A DNA stretch of 64,000 nt from Candidatus Yanofskybacteria bacterium (GCA_016185525.1 JACPNK010000007.1:23008-87007), one strand, 5' to 3'; positions 19,126 to 30,109 are shown, counted from the stretch's first letter. Notes: generated by a model not told the origin, from the letters alone. Numbers and translations: made by a program.

Positions 19126-19743
19126 ATGGAAACATCAATAATTTTTATAGCAGTTCAAATTTTGGTTGTTCTCTTTTCTATCGTCTTACATGAGGTTGCT
19201 CATGGGGCTATGGCCAACCATTTGGGTGACCCAACGGCTAAAAATCTTGGCAGACTGACGCTAAACCCTTTCAAACACCTAGACCTTTTTGGTTCGGTGA
19301 TTCTGCCTTTAATGACTTTTTTCATTGGCGGTTTTATTTTCGGCTATGCCAAGCCGGTGCCGTATAATCCGTTTAATTTGAGAGATCAAAAATACGGTCC
19401 GGCCAAAGTTGCCGCCGCCGGTCCGGCTACCAATATTGCGCTAGCGGTTCTGTTTGGCTTGATTCTGCGTTTTCTGCCGGCAGATTCAGTCTTGCCCCAG
19501 TTTTTGCATCTGCTTAGCTTTATAGTTTTCATGAATCTGATTTTGGCCATCTTTAACTTGGTGCCAATTCCGCCGCTTGACGGCCATTGGTTTGTCCTGA
19601 CCTTTGTTCCCGATCGCTACTATCAGTTCAAGCAAGCTTATATCCGCTCCGGCTTTTTCATTTTCCTTATCTTCATTCTCTACGGTTTCAGATTAATCAT
19701 ACCGTTAACAACTTGGCTTTTTAGACTAATTACCGGCAGTTAG
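19126..19743 (+). CDS. Site-2 protease (M50) family protein
   Basis: LHEVAHG, GDPTAK..GRLTLNP, AGPATN, FNLVPIPPLDG. Confidence 0.95.
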   Translation: METSIIFIAVQILVVLFSIVLHEVAHGAMANHLGDPTAKNLGRLTLNPFKHLDLFGSVILPLMTFFIGGFIFGYAKPVPYNPFNLRDQKYGPAKVAAAGPATNIALAVLFGLILRFLPADSVLPQFLHLLSFIVFMNLILAIFNLVPIPPLDGHWFVLTFVPDRYYQFKQAYIRSGFFIFLIFILYGFRLIIPLTTWLFRLITGS

Positions 19744-19757
19744 GATTTTTCAAAATT

Positions 19758-19781
19758 AAAATGACCCACGGGGGTCATTTT
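19758..19781. terminator. Bidirectional terminator
   Basis: AAAATGACCC-ACGG-GGGTCATTTT between convergent genes. Confidence 0.7.
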
Positions 19782-20014
19782 TACTTGTTTTCGGGGTTGG
19801 TGTTCAGAATTAACGAGATAAGCAAAGCATCCTCAACCTCAACTTGGTTTTCAAGTATATTCAGTTCCCGAGCCTCTTCAAGAAAACTTTCAAGATCACA
19901 AATAATTCTTATTTCTTCCGGTGTAGGATCTCGATAAGGAATTGCCTCAAAACCGTAACTTTCAACTAGATCCTTTTCTTTCTCACTTTGGTAAAACATC
20001 TTAAACCTTGGCAT
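19781..20014 (-). CDS. Small acidic hypothetical protein
   Basis: 77-aa ORF with AAGGAG SD and TTGACG...TAGATT promoter-like sequence. Confidence 0.6.
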   Translation of the reverse strand: MPRFKMFYQSEKEKDLVESYGFEAIPYRDPTPEEIRIICDLESFLEEARELNILENQVEVEDALLISLILNTNPENK

Positions 20015-20191
20015 ACTCTTTTCTCCTTTTTTCTAAAATAAAGAACCAATTTGGAATCTAGCATAAAGCCAAAAGCACGTCAACTTTTATCAAGTATCAA
20101 GATTTAACCTTGATGTCCTCACTGAGGACAGTCCTCAGGAGCGGGTAGAATTGACTTTAAGACTTACTTTTGCTAATCTTTTCAAATCAAT

Positions 20192-20602
20192 ATGCCTACT
20201 TTCAACCAGCTTTTGAAAAAACCCAGAAAGAAAGTTAAAGCGAAAACAAAATCGCCTGCTTTGGCTTACAGCTTTAATAATATTTTGAATTCTCCCGTTT
20301 TTCACAACTCGCCTTTTAAAAGGGGTGTAGCTTTGAGCGTTAAGACCATAACTCCGAAAAAGCCAAACTCGGCTTTGAGAAAAATTGCCAGAGTCAGACT
20401 CACCAATGGTATGGAAGTGACAGCCTATATACCGGGCATGGGACACAATCTTCAGGAGCACTCTGTGGTTGTTATCCGGGGCGGCAGAGTCAAAGATTTG
20501 CCGGGAGTCCGCTATCACATTGTCCGCGGGCGTTTGGACGCCTCGGGAGTTGAAGGAAGAAAACAGGAGAGAAGTAAGTATGGAGCCAAGAGGCCTAAAT
20601 AG
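20192..20602 (+). CDS. rpsL: 30S ribosomal protein uS12
   Basis: [23 protein letters not shown]. Confidence 0.99.
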   Translation: MPTFNQLLKKPRKKVKAKTKSPALAYSFNNILNSPVFHNSPFKRGVALSVKTITPKKPNSALRKIARVRLTNGMEVTAYIPGMGHNLQEHSVVVIRGGRVKDLPGVRYHIVRGRLDASGVEGRKQERSKYGAKRPK

Positions 20603-20707
20603 AATTAATCTAATTCACCTAATTATTCTAATTAATCTAAAATTTGAAAATTGGAACTTGGGACTTGTTTAGACTAATTAGAGCAATTAGAACAATTAGA
20701 AATTTAG
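20599..20707. repeat. 9-mer tandem fold-back repeat element (CTAATT.../...AATTAG)
   Basis: ctaattcacctaattattctaatt...ctaattagagcaattagaacaattagaaatt between rpsL and rpsG. Confidence 0.75.
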
Positions 20708-20717
20708 CGAAGCGCTT

Positions 20718-21185
20718 ATGCGAAGACCAGTAAAAAAGAAAATCAGGCTTGAACCGGACACAAAGTATTCAAGTACTCTTATTGGCCGTTTGATTAATCA
20801 AGTCATGAGCGATGGTAAAAAACTTATGGCCAGAAAGATAGTTTACACCGCTTTGGCTGAAGCTGAATCAAAACTAAAAAAACCGGCGCTTGAGGTTATA
20901 GAGCAGGCGGTGGAAAATGCCGCTCCGCAGTTGGAACTTAGATCAAAGAGGGTTGGTGGCGCCAACTATCAAGTTCCTTACGAAGTTAGAGCTGACAGAA
21001 GATTGACTTTGGCTTTAAGATGGATTGTCGGTTCAGCCCAAAAGGGCAAGGGGAAGCCGATGAGCAAGAAGTTGGCTGAAGAAATTATAAACTCATTCAA
21101 TAATACCGGTACCGCAGTTAAGAAGAAAGAAGATATGCACAGAATGGCTGATGCCAATAAGGCTTTCGCCCATTTCGCCTGGTAA
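20718..21185 (+). CDS. rpsG: 30S ribosomal protein uS7
   Basis: [23 protein letters not shown]. Confidence 0.99.
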   Translation: MRRPVKKKIRLEPDTKYSSTLIGRLINQVMSDGKKLMARKIVYTALAEAESKLKKPALEVIEQAVENAAPQLELRSKRVGGANYQVPYEVRADRRLTLALRWIVGSAQKGKGKPMSKKLAEEIINSFNNTGTAVKKKEDMHRMADANKAFAHFAW

Positions 21186-21191
21186 AAATTT

Positions 21192-21341
21192 AAATTATTC
21201 TAATTATTCTAATTGACCTAATTATTCTAAAGAAACCCCAATGTCTAATGTTTAAATGACCAAAGAAAGCTTTGGACATTGGTTATTAATCATTGGGATT
21301 TCATTAGGTCAATTAGAGCAATTAGTATAATTAGGTCAATT
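21192..21341. repeat. 9-mer tandem fold-back repeat element (full copy)
   Basis: ttctaattattctaattgacctaattattcta...ttaggtcaattagagcaattagtataattaggtcaatt between rpsG and fusA. Confidence 0.85.
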
Positions 21342-21343
21342 TT

Positions 21344-23449
21344 TTGAGAGATTATCCGATAGAAAAAACTAGAAACATTGGCATCATCGCCCACATAGAC
21401 GCCGGGAAAACAACCGTTTCCGAGCGTGTTTTGTTTTACACGGGAGTTTCCCACAAAATTGGCGAAGTCCATGAAGGCGATACGGTTATGGACTGGATGG
21501 AACAGGAGAGAGAAAGGGGAATCACGATTACCTCGGCGGCGACGACTGCCTACTGGACACCGACCGGTCTATCTAAGTCAAAAGAAAATGAATATAAAAT
21601 AAACTTAATTGATACGCCCGGTCATATTGATTTTACAGTTGAGGTCAAAAGATCCCTAAGAGTTTTAGATGGGGCGGTGGTTGTTTTTGACGGCGTTGCC
21701 GGCGTTGAGCCGCAGTCGGAAACCAACTGGCGTTATGCCGATGATTACAAGGTGCCCAGAATTTGCTTTATCAATAAGCTTGACCGTTTGGGCGCTTCGT
21801 TTGAACGATCTTTTCAGTCAATTTTGGAGCGTCTGTCTCCTTTTGCCGTTAGGATGCAGATTCCGGATGGAGAGGAAGACCAGTTTAAAGGAGTGGTGGA
21901 TTTGCTGAAGATGAAGTATTACATTTTTGAGGGCGCTCACGGCGAACAAGTTGTTGAACAGCCGATCCCCGAACACATAGGAGAAAGAGCTAAAGAATTG
22001 CATGGCATTCTTATTGAAAAGATAGTGGAACAGGATGAAGCGGCGATGGCTGAATATTTGGAAGGTAAAGAAATAACATCGGAGAAATTAATGGCTGTTA
22101 TAAGAAAGGCCACAATTGAAAATAAAATTATTCCTGTTTTTACGGGTTCAGCTCTAAAGAACAAAGGTGTCCAGTTTATGCTTGACGCTGTGGTGAACTA
22201 TCTGCCGTCTCCGGTTGACTTGCCGTCCGTGTCGGGAATTGACCCCAAAACTTCTCAAGAGATTAAACGCGAAGCTAAAGATGAAGCGCCTTTTGCATCT
22301 CTGGCTTTTAAAGTGGCGACAGATCCTTATGTCGGCCAGCTTACATTTTTCCGCGTTTATTCCGGAACTTTAAGCAGTGGTTCTTATGTTTTAAATTCCT
22401 CAACCGGACAAACCGAAAGAATCAGCCGTCTTTTGCGTATGCATGCCAACGAAAGGGCTGAAATAAAAGAGGCTTTGGCTGGCGATATTGTCGCTACTGT
22501 CGGTTTAAAAGCCACTAAGACCGGGGATACGATGTGCGAAGAAGCCCATCCCATAGTTTTAGAAAAAATCGTTTTTCCGGAGCCGGTTATATCTTTGCGC
22601 ATTGAACCCAAGACAAAAGCTGACCAGGAAAAAATGAGTCTGTCTTTAAAGAAACTTTCCGATGAAGATCCAACCTTTAGGATAAAAACCGATGAGGAAA
22701 CTTTGGAGACAATTATCTCCGGAATGGGCGAACTCCACCTTGATATTTTGGTTGACCGTTTAAAGAGAGAGTTTGGCGTTAATGTTAATGTCGGCCGACC
22801 CCAAGTTGCCTATAAAGAAACTGTTACTTCCAAGTCTGAAGCCGAGGGCAAATATATCAGGCAGTCTGGGGGCAGAGGTCAGTACGGACATGTTTGGTTA
22901 AGAGTCGAGTCTAAAGACAGGGGTTCCGGTTTTGAGTTTGTTGATGAGATTAAGGGGGGAGTTATTCCTTCGGAATTTGTTCCGGCTATCCAAAAAGGCA
23001 TTAAAGAAGTTTTGGATAAAGGCGTGATTGCCGGCTTTCCCCTGGTTGACTTGCAAGTTACAGTTTACGATGGTTCCTATCATGAGGTTGATTCTTCTGA
23101 AATTGCTTTTAAAATTGCCGGATCCATGGCTTTGCAGGAAGGCGTGAAAAGAGCAAAACCGGTTTTGTTGGAGCCGATCATGAAGGTTGAAGTTATAATC
23201 CCCGATAAATTTATGGGTGAAACAACCGGAGATTTGAGTTCCAGAAGAGGCAGAATTGAACAAATGAACGACCGCCCGCTTTTGAGTCTGAAAGTTATTG
23301 ACGCTAAAGTGCCTTTGTCTGAAATGTTCGGCTATGCCACCTCAATCAGATCTTTAACCGAGGGACGCGGCACTTTTACGATGGAATTCAGTCACTATGA
23401 AGAGGTGCCCAATAACATTGCCCAGTTGATTATAGAAGGAAAAAAGTAA
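21344..23449 (+). CDS. fusA: Elongation factor G
   Basis: [38 protein letters not shown]; TTG start. Confidence 0.99.
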   Translation: MRDYPIEKTRNIGIIAHIDAGKTTVSERVLFYTGVSHKIGEVHEGDTVMDWMEQERERGITITSAATTAYWTPTGLSKSKENEYKINLIDTPGHIDFTVEVKRSLRVLDGAVVVFDGVAGVEPQSETNWRYADDYKVPRICFINKLDRLGASFERSFQSILERLSPFAVRMQIPDGEEDQFKGVVDLLKMKYYIFEGAHGEQVVEQPIPEHIGERAKELHGILIEKIVEQDEAAMAEYLEGKEITSEKLMAVIRKATIENKIIPVFTGSALKNKGVQFMLDAVVNYLPSPVDLPSVSGIDPKTSQEIKREAKDEAPFASLAFKVATDPYVGQLTFFRVYSGTLSSGSYVLNSSTGQTERISRLLRMHANERAEIKEALAGDIVATVGLKATKTGDTMCEEAHPIVLEKIVFPEPVISLRIEPKTKADQEKMSLSLKKLSDEDPTFRIKTDEETLETIISGMGELHLDILVDRLKREFGVNVNVGRPQVAYKETVTSKSEAEGKYIRQSGGRGQYGHVWLRVESKDRGSGFEFVDEIKGGVIPSEFVPAIQKGIKEVLDKGVIAGFPLVDLQVTVYDGSYHEVDSSEIAFKIAGSMALQEGVKRAKPVLLEPIMKVEVIIPDKFMGETTGDLSSRRGRIEQMNDRPLLSLKVIDAKVPLSEMFGYATSIRSLTEGRGTFTMEFSHYEEVPNNIAQLIIEGKK

Positions 23450-23459
23450 AAAACAATCT

Positions 23460-23481
23460 GTGGGACGTTGAACGTCCCACA
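23460..23481. repeat. Short REP-like palindrome
   Basis: TGTGGGACGTT-G-AACGTCCCACA; a relative GACGTTGGACGTC lies at the start of the NUDIX gene. Confidence 0.6.
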
Positions 23482-23524
23482 ATAGGAGGTTGCAACTAAT
23501 CATTTTTTTGCTAAAATTTATTCA

Positions 23525-23827
23525 ATGAATTTGGAGGAAATAAAAAAAGTGGTTAATAACTTGGGTGGGGCTGTGATTTTTGACAAAGACGGATCAAGAA
23601 TGGTTGTTTTGTCTTACGAAAAGTATTTGGAACTATTTGGTCAAAATCAGGACGAACGGGATGACCCCGAACAGAAAATTAAGCTTAATCTCTATGCTGA
23701 AAACTTTAAAAATGGGGCGGCTGATCAGGAGGTTATAGAAAAGCTAAACCAAGATATTGCTATTTTGAAGGAAGAGATTAGGAAGAAAGAATTACAGGAG
23801 ATTGACCAAGATTTGGATTCGGCTTGA
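23525..23827 (+). CDS. Hypothetical protein with Phd/YefM-like N-terminus and coiled coil
   Basis: AVIFDKDGSRMVVLSYEKYLEL; TGnTAAAAT -10 element 6 nt before ATG. Confidence 0.7.
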   Translation: MNLEEIKKVVNNLGGAVIFDKDGSRMVVLSYEKYLELFGQNQDERDDPEQKIKLNLYAENFKNGAADQEVIEKLNQDIAILKEEIRKKELQEIDQDLDSA

Positions 23828-23955
23828 TGTTGTTGACTAAAATTGAATATTTGCTACAATGTTTAGACGTTTTAGAATATACTAAAAAGGGAGCAATAAA
23901 TATCGGGCAATGCGCTTTGGCTAGTTGCTCGGTGTCTATTATCCGCAATCTATAA

Positions 23956-25155
23956 ATGGCAGGGAAATTTGACAGGACAAAACCACATTTGAACGTTGGT
24001 ACTATTGGTCATGTTGATCATGGCAAGACTTCGCTGACAGCGGCTATTTTGCATACTCTTAATTTGCTGGGCAACGGTTATAGCGCCAGAGCGGAAGGTG
24101 TTAATGAAATTGATAATGCTCCCGAAGAAAGGGCCAGAGGCATTACAATTGCTTTGCACCACTCGGAATACGAAACTCCAAAGAGGCACTATGCTCATGT
24201 GGATGCTCCGGGTCATGCCGATTATATAAAAAATATGATTACCGGCGCGGCTCAAATGGACGCCGCTGTTTTGGTTGTTGCCGCTTCAGATGGTCCCATG
24301 CCTCAAACCAGAGAACACATACTTTTGGCCAGACAGGTTGGTGTGCCGAATATAATTGTTTTTCTAAATAAGGTTGATCAGGTTGATGATCCGGAACTTT
24401 TGGATCTTGTTGAAGCTGAAATCAGAGAGTTGCTGAATAAATACCAATATCCGGGAAATACCACTCCTATCATCCGCGGCTCTGCGACAAAAGCCCTTGA
24501 AGCTAAAAACAAAGATGATGCTTCAGCGCAGCCCATAATAGAACTTGTGAAACAGCTTGACGAGTATGTTTCTGATCCTGTTCGTGAAACTGACAAACCT
24601 TTTCTAATGCCCATTGAAGATATTTTCAGTATTGAGGGCCGTGGAACGGTTGTTACCGGAAGAGTTGAAAGGGGCAAAGTCAAACTGAACGAAGAAGTTG
24701 AAATTGTCGGTTTGACTCCCACACAGAAGACAGTTGTTACCGGCATTGAGATGTTTAACAAGCAACTGGACGAAGGAATGGCAGGCGACAATGCTGGAGT
24801 TTTGTTGCGCGGTGTTAAAAAAGAAGACATATCCAGGGGTCAAGTTTTAGCTAAGCCCGCAAGCATCACGCCTCATACCGAATTTGAGACAGAAATTTAT
24901 GTCTTAAATAAAGAAGAAGGCGGCAGGCATACTCCGTTTTTCAAGGGTTATAAACCGCAGTTTTATTTTAGAACAACCGACGTTACCGGTGAAGTAACTT
25001 TGCCCGAAGGCTCTGAAATGGTTATGCCCGGCGATACTGTTTCTGTTAAAGTTAAATTGATTGCTCCGATTGCCATGGAAGAAAAACAAAGGTTTGCTAT
25101 CCGTGAAGGTGGAAAAACCGTTGGCGCAGGGGTTGTTACGAAAATCATTGCATAA
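23956..25155 (+). CDS. tuf: Elongation factor Tu
   Basis: [38 protein letters not shown]. Confidence 0.99.
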   Translation: MAGKFDRTKPHLNVGTIGHVDHGKTSLTAAILHTLNLLGNGYSARAEGVNEIDNAPEERARGITIALHHSEYETPKRHYAHVDAPGHADYIKNMITGAAQMDAAVLVVAASDGPMPQTREHILLARQVGVPNIIVFLNKVDQVDDPELLDLVEAEIRELLNKYQYPGNTTPIIRGSATKALEAKNKDDASAQPIIELVKQLDEYVSDPVRETDKPFLMPIEDIFSIEGRGTVVTGRVERGKVKLNEEVEIVGLTPTQKTVVTGIEMFNKQLDEGMAGDNAGVLLRGVKKEDISRGQVLAKPASITPHTEFETEIYVLNKEEGGRHTPFFKGYKPQFYFRTTDVTGEVTLPEGSEMVMPGDTVSVKVKLIAPIAMEEKQRFAIREGGKTVGAGVVTKIIA

Positions 25156-25160
25156 ATTCA

Positions 25161-25185
25161 AAGCCCCGCTATTATAGCGGGGCTT
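25161..25185 (+). terminator. Hairpin after tuf
   Basis: AAGCCCCGCTA-TTA-TAGCGGGGCTT. Confidence 0.6.
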
Positions 25186-25293
25186 GAGTTTGTACCTTGT
25201 AATAATGAGATTGTCTAATTTAGAAAATAATAAAAATGTCGGCAGAGCAATTTCGGCAGATAAGGAGATCTGTAGACTTTTTCAGCTTTCTAA

Positions 25294-25629
25294 ATGACTA
25301 CCGAAAAGAAAAAAAACAAAGAAGTCTCCCAGAGAATAAGAATCAAACTGAAAGCTTATGACAATAAGATCATTGATAAGTCGGCGAAGCAAATAGTTGA
25401 AACCATAGAGAGATCCGGCGGTAAGGTGGTGGGTCCTGTGCCTTTGCCGACAGCTACTCACAAATATACTGTTAACAGATCTCCTTTTGTGTATAAAGAT
25501 TCTCGGGAACAGTTTGAGATGAGAGTTCACAAAAGGTTGATTGACGTCTCTAGTCCAACACCTAAGATTATTGACGCTCTTATGAACCTAAATTTGCCAG
25601 CCGGAGTGGATATAGAAATAAAAATGTAG
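25294..25629 (+). CDS. rpsJ: 30S ribosomal protein uS10
   Basis: [31 protein letters not shown]. Confidence 0.99.
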   Translation: MTTEKKKNKEVSQRIRIKLKAYDNKIIDKSAKQIVETIERSGGKVVGPVPLPTATHKYTVNRSPFVYKDSREQFEMRVHKRLIDVSSPTPKIIDALMNLNLPAGVDIEIKM

Positions 25630-25769
25630 ACCAGAATAATCAAGGAGATTATTTTGGTGTGCATTTTTATGTACAAATCAAATCCAATAGTTTTAAATTT
25701 TGATTTTTAGTTTTAATTTTACGGTTTAGTCGTATCTTGCCGGCTACAACCGGCCTTTTGTTTAAAATT

Positions 25770-26324
25770 ATGAAGTTTATTTTGGGGAAAAAATTAGGCA
25801 TGTCGCAGGTTTTTAATGAAAATGGAAAAGTAACGCCGGTTACGGTTGTTTTTGCTGAACCAATGAGTGTAAGACAGATAAGAACCCGGGAAAAGGATGG
25901 CTATGCGGCTGTACAGTTTGGTAACAGCAAGAAAAAAAGGGAGCATCGAGGCCAGGCGGAGGAAACAAAATTAGGCGATATCATTGATGTTTCAGTTTTC
26001 AGCGCGGGCGACTCGGTTAAAGTAAGCGGCCTCTCAAAGGGTAAAGGATTTCAAGGCGCCATGAAGAGACATGGTTTTCACGGTATGCCAGCCAGCCACG
26101 GACACAAACATGTTAAGAGGCACGTCGGTTCAATTGGCCAAAGATTCCCGCAGCACACTCTTAAGGGTATGCGCATGGCCGGAAGAATGGGCGGGGACAG
26201 GGTCAGCGTCAGAGGTCTTAGTATCGTAAGCGTTGATAAAGAAAATAACTTGCTTGCTATTAAGGGCGCAGTACCGGGCAGAAAAGGGGCGCTATTGGAA
26301 ATAAGAGAGATGACCAAAGTCTAA
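25770..26324 (+). CDS. rplC: 50S ribosomal protein uL3
   Basis: GKKLGMSQVF, SKGKGFQG, MAGRMG; ATG 25770. Confidence 0.98.
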   Translation: MKFILGKKLGMSQVFNENGKVTPVTVVFAEPMSVRQIRTREKDGYAAVQFGNSKKKREHRGQAEETKLGDIIDVSVFSAGDSVKVSGLSKGKGFQGAMKRHGFHGMPASHGHKHVKRHVGSIGQRFPQHTLKGMRMAGRMGGDRVSVRGLSIVSVDKENNLLAIKGAVPGRKGALLEIREMTKV

Positions 26325-26407
26325 AGTCTAGAGACTAAGGCCAGAAAAAGCTTTAGTCTTTAGTCTTTAGTCTTTAGTCTTTAGTCTTTAGTCTTTAGTC
26401 TTTAGAC
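26312..26407. repeat. Heptamer fold-back element with (TTTAGTC)7 array
   Basis: gaccaaagtctaaagtctagagactaagg...(tttagtc)x7 tttagac; provides the rplC stop and ends 1 nt before the rplD ATG. Confidence 0.9.
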
Positions 26408-26408
26408 A

Positions 26409-27071
26409 ATGAAAACTGACTTATACAATCAATCGGGTGAAATTATCGGCAAAACTGACTTACCAGAGGAAGTTTTTGGTTTAAAAATAAATCCGGATTT
26501 GTTGCGTCAGGTTATTGACATCCAAACATCAAACGCAAGGTCTGTCCTGGCTCACACTAAAGATCGGAGCGAGGTTAGAGGCGGCGGCAAAAAACCTTGG
26601 AAGCAAAAAGGCACCGGGCGGGCAAGGCACGGTTCTATAAGATCCCCTTTGTGGAAAGGCGGAGGCGTGACTTTTGGTCCCACTAAAAACAAAAATTTCA
26701 GCAAGAAGATAAATAAAAAGATGAAAAGAAAAGCCTTGTTCATGTCTTTGTCCAACAAAGTTTCAGATAACCAGTTCATGGTTTTGGACAGCATCAAGAT
26801 TGACCAGCCCAAGACAAAAAAAGCTCAGGGAATTTTTGATGTTTTGGCTTCAAAAACATCGGGTTACGTAAAGAGTAACAAAAAAAGAGACAGCATTCTT
26901 CTGATCTTGGGCAGTAAGAATAAAAACATAGAGCGTTCTGCCGGCAACCTTTCGTTTGTGAAAATACTGGAGGCTAAGAGCTTGGATGTTTTCAACGTGC
27001 TGTCTAATAAATTTATTTTTTTAGATAAAAGCGCAATTCCAGTCATTCAGGAAACATACAAGTTAAAATAA
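26409..27071 (+). CDS. rplD: 50S ribosomal protein uL4
   Basis: TKDRSEVRGGGKKPWKQKGTGRARHGS. Confidence 0.99.
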   Translation: MKTDLYNQSGEIIGKTDLPEEVFGLKINPDLLRQVIDIQTSNARSVLAHTKDRSEVRGGGKKPWKQKGTGRARHGSIRSPLWKGGGVTFGPTKNKNFSKKINKKMKRKALFMSLSNKVSDNQFMVLDSIKIDQPKTKKAQGIFDVLASKTSGYVKSNKKRDSILLILGSKNKNIERSAGNLSFVKILEAKSLDVFNVLSNKFIFLDKSAIPVIQETYKLK

Positions 27072-27076
27072 AAAAG

Positions 27077-27478
27077 ATGCTGTTAAAAAACTTTTTTAAA
27101 AAATCAAAAAAAGAGAAAGCTGTCGTTGAAAAAAAAGCCGTCCAAGAAACCGGAGACGCTGTTAAAAATTTGCCAAGCGTCAGCTTAAAAGGCGACGATT
27201 TTTCTTTTCAGGTTTTGGTGGGGCCGCATATTACCGAAAAAGCTTCAATTGTAAATAATCTGAATCAATATATCTTTAAAGTTTTTAAAAATGTTAACAA
27301 GTTGCAGATAAAAAGAGCGGTAGAAAAACTTTATGAAGTTAATGTTGATGATATAAAAATTTTAAATATGCCTGCTAAAAAGAGAAAACTGGGGAGGACA
27401 GAAGGAGAAAGATCAGGTTTCAAAAAGGCCATGGTTAAATTGAAAAAAGGTCATAAAATTGACTTAATTCCTAAATAG
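27077..27478 (+). CDS. rplW: 50S ribosomal protein uL23 (N-terminal extension)
   Basis: PHITEKA, NKLQIKRAVEKLY, FKKAMVKL. Confidence 0.95.
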   Translation: MLLKNFFKKSKKEKAVVEKKAVQETGDAVKNLPSVSLKGDDFSFQVLVGPHITEKASIVNNLNQYIFKVFKNVNKLQIKRAVEKLYEVNVDDIKILNMPAKKRKLGRTEGERSGFKKAMVKLKKGHKIDLIPK

Positions 27479-27480
27479 TT

Positions 27481-28308
27481 ATGCCTAAGATTTATAAACC
27501 AACAACTGCTTCAAGAAGACACATGATGGGTTATGACTTTTCTGGCCTGTCTAAGATTAAGCCTCTAAAATCAAAAACGGCGTCTTTTAAGCGTTCTGTG
27601 GGCAGAAATAGTGGAGGATTGATAACGGTTAGGCACAAAGGCGGCGGTGTAAAAAGGCTATATAGAGAGATTGATTTTAGTCAAAACAGGTTTAATGTTT
27701 CAGGCAAGGTGTTTTCGGTTGAATATGATCCGAACCGAACGGCTAGAATAGCCAGGATACACTATACCGACGGGCACAAAGCTTACGTTTTGGCTCCCGA
27801 GGGACTTGAGGTTGGGGATGAAATTGTGACTTCAGATAAGGTTGCGCTTAAACCGGGCAATCGGGCCAAATTGAAGAATATTCCGCAAGGCACTGAAGTT
27901 CACAACATTGAGATATTCCCGGGTTCTAAAACTGGTTTGGTTCGTTCCGCGGGTTCAAAAGCTATGGTTATGTCCAAAGATGCCGGCCGGGTGCAAGTCC
28001 AGCTTCCTTCTTCAGAGTTAAGGATATTTGATGAGAATTCCTTGGCTACAATTGGCAGGCTTTCCAACCAGGAACATAGCTCAATCGTGATTGGCAAGGC
28101 CGGACGTTCCAGATATTTGGGCATCAGGCCTTCGGTCAGGGGCAGTGTCATGAATCCCGTTGACCACCCGCATGGCGGAGGAGAAGGCAAGCAGCCAATC
28201 GGTTTAACCGGACCAAAGACGCCTTGGGGCAAGCCGGCGCGTGGAGTCAAAACGAGAAACAGGAAAAAAAGAAGCTGGAAGTTTATAGTCAGGCGTAGAA
28301 GTAAATAA
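27481..28308 (+). CDS. rplB: 50S ribosomal protein uL2
   Basis: [21 protein letters not shown]. Confidence 0.99.
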   Translation: MPKIYKPTTASRRHMMGYDFSGLSKIKPLKSKTASFKRSVGRNSGGLITVRHKGGGVKRLYREIDFSQNRFNVSGKVFSVEYDPNRTARIARIHYTDGHKAYVLAPEGLEVGDEIVTSDKVALKPGNRAKLKNIPQGTEVHNIEIFPGSKTGLVRSAGSKAMVMSKDAGRVQVQLPSSELRIFDENSLATIGRLSNQEHSSIVIGKAGRSRYLGIRPSVRGSVMNPVDHPHGGGEGKQPIGLTGPKTPWGKPARGVKTRNRKKRSWKFIVRRRSK

Positions 28309-28315
28309 ATTAAAT

Positions 28316-28663
28316 ATGTCTAGAAGTATCAAAAAGGGAGTATTTGTTCATCCGAAGCTGCTTAAGAAATTAAGCAAGCTTAGGGTCGGAGACAAAACCG
28401 TGATAAAAACATGGTCGCGCGCTTCTACAATTACTCCGGAAATGATCGGTTTTACATTTGGCGTGCATAATGGCAAAATCCACATTCCTGTTTTTGTTAC
28501 CGAGGATATGGTGGGTCACAAGCTGGGAGAGTTTTCACTTACCAGAAAGTTTGTCAGGCATGGCGGAAGAATGCAGAAAGAACTGGAAGCGGCGGCTAAA
28601 CAAAAAGAGATAGATGCCGCCAAAGCAGCGAAAGTGGAAACGGCAGCTCCGGAGAAGAAATAA
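28316..28663 (+). CDS. rpsS: 30S ribosomal protein uS19
   Basis: [18 protein letters not shown]. Confidence 0.99.
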   Translation: MSRSIKKGVFVHPKLLKKLSKLRVGDKTVIKTWSRASTITPEMIGFTFGVHNGKIHIPVFVTEDMVGHKLGEFSLTRKFVRHGGRMQKELEAAAKQKEIDAAKAAKVETAAPEKK

Positions 28664-28673
28664 TATTAATAGT

Positions 28674-29219
28674 ATGCAAGTTAATGCACAGTTAAACAAT
28701 TTAAGAATAGCGCCAAGAAAAGTCAGGCTGGTTGCCGGTTTGATTAAGGGCATGGATGTTGCTGTGGCAGAGCGCCAACTTTTATTTCTTGTGAAAAGGT
28801 CATCCGTCCCGTTGGCGAAACTGCTTAAATCGGCGGTTGCTAATGCTGAAAATAACTTTGGATTGCTCAAAGACAACTTGTTTATTAAAGATTTGATTGT
28901 AAATGAGGGCATGAAGATCAAAAGATATATGCCGAGAGCTATGGGACAAGCCAGTATGATTCAGAAAAAATCATCTCACATTAAGATTACTTTGGAGGAA
29001 AAAGTACCCGGTCTTAAACATGCTAATATAAAAACCGGATCTGTTAGTGAAGATAAGGTTTTAAAATCAAAAGAAAGCGAGTCTGTTGAATCCAAAGATT
29101 TAGGATTGGAGAAAAAGCCCGACTTCGGCACCGGTGTAAAGAAAGAGATATCAAAAAAGGGAGTTTTCGGCGGGGTTCAAGATATCAGTAGGAAATTGTT
29201 CAGAAGAAAAAGCGTTTAA
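28674..29219 (+). CDS. rplV: 50S ribosomal protein uL22 (long C-terminal extension)
   Basis: RIAPRKVRLVA, KLLKSAVANAENN, PRAMG; ATG 28674. Confidence 0.97.
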   Translation: MQVNAQLNNLRIAPRKVRLVAGLIKGMDVAVAERQLLFLVKRSSVPLAKLLKSAVANAENNFGLLKDNLFIKDLIVNEGMKIKRYMPRAMGQASMIQKKSSHIKITLEEKVPGLKHANIKTGSVSEDKVLKSKESESVESKDLGLEKKPDFGTGVKKEISKKGVFGGVQDISRKLFRRKSV

Positions 29220-29223
29220 GTAT

Positions 29224-29449
29224 ATGCCCGCACGCAGTCGAGCGTAGCGAGATGAGTACGGTAGCAGATACTTACCCCGCCCTATCTGGAGTCAAAATCA
29301 TAGTTACTACTCCAGCTAGAGACGAAGTCGCCTTACGGCTCTGGTTATGCTTAAAGCATGACTTTGAACCCAGATAGGGCGGGGTGCAGGTTTTCTAGCA
29401 ACTCAGCGGCGCAATCAGAATTGCTTGCTTCGTTGAGAAAATCTAGCAT
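29224..29449. repeat. Branched hairpin (MITE/REPIN-like) element inside the S10 operon
   Basis: 16-bp perfect IR ACCCCGCCCTATCTGG (29274) / CCAGATAGGGCGGGGT (29370) plus side hairpins; fills the rplV-rpsC gap. Confidence 0.75.
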
Positions 29450-30092
29450 GGGACAAAAAATATCACCAACATCTTTCAGGATAGGTTTAAATAAGGACTG
29501 GCTTTCCCGGTGGTTTGGTCTTGGCAGAAAGTATGTGGAATATTTTAGAGAAGATTTTGTCATCAGACAATTTTTGTCTAAGAAGATCAAAAATATGAGT
29601 GTAGACAGAGTGGAAATTGAAAAAAGTCCGGATGTTTTAACAATTATTATCCATACCGCCAGACCCGGTTTGTTGATAGGACGGGGCGGAACCGGTGCGG
29701 AGGATTTAAAAAAAGAAATTTTAAGACTGGTTAAGAGAAAGACCGCTATCAGAATAGATATCCAAGAATATAAAAATCCGGAAACTTCAGCGGCAATTAT
29801 GGCGGAGTCTATAGTTGAGCAAATAGAAAAAAGGATGCCTTTCAGAAGGATATTAAAACAGACATTGGCAAAAATTATTGCTAACAAAAAAGATGTAAAA
29901 GGAGCAAAAATTGAAGTTGCCGGCAGGCTTAATGGCGCAGAAATTGCCAGAACCGAACATTTGGAAGAAGGAAATCTACCGTTACAAACATTGCGCGCTG
30001 AAATAGATTATGCCAAAAGGACTGCTCATACGACTTATGGCACAATCGGTGTTAAAGTCTGGATATATAAAGGAGAACGATTTGGTTATTAA
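29448..30092 (+). CDS. rpsC: 30S ribosomal protein uS3
   Basis: [31 protein letters not shown]. Confidence 0.99.
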   Translation: MGQKISPTSFRIGLNKDWLSRWFGLGRKYVEYFREDFVIRQFLSKKIKNMSVDRVEIEKSPDVLTIIIHTARPGLLIGRGGTGAEDLKKEILRLVKRKTAIRIDIQEYKNPETSAAIMAESIVEQIEKRMPFRRILKQTLAKIIANKKDVKGAKIEVAGRLNGAEIARTEHLEEGNLPLQTLRAEIDYAKRTAHTTYGTIGVKVWIYKGERFGY

Positions 30093-30109
30093 TAAGTTAT
30101 TTTTTAATT

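Noticed and set aside
26352-26407. (TTTAGTC)n array and 9-mer arrays as CRISPR
   Set aside because: No unique spacers, units too short, and no cas genes.
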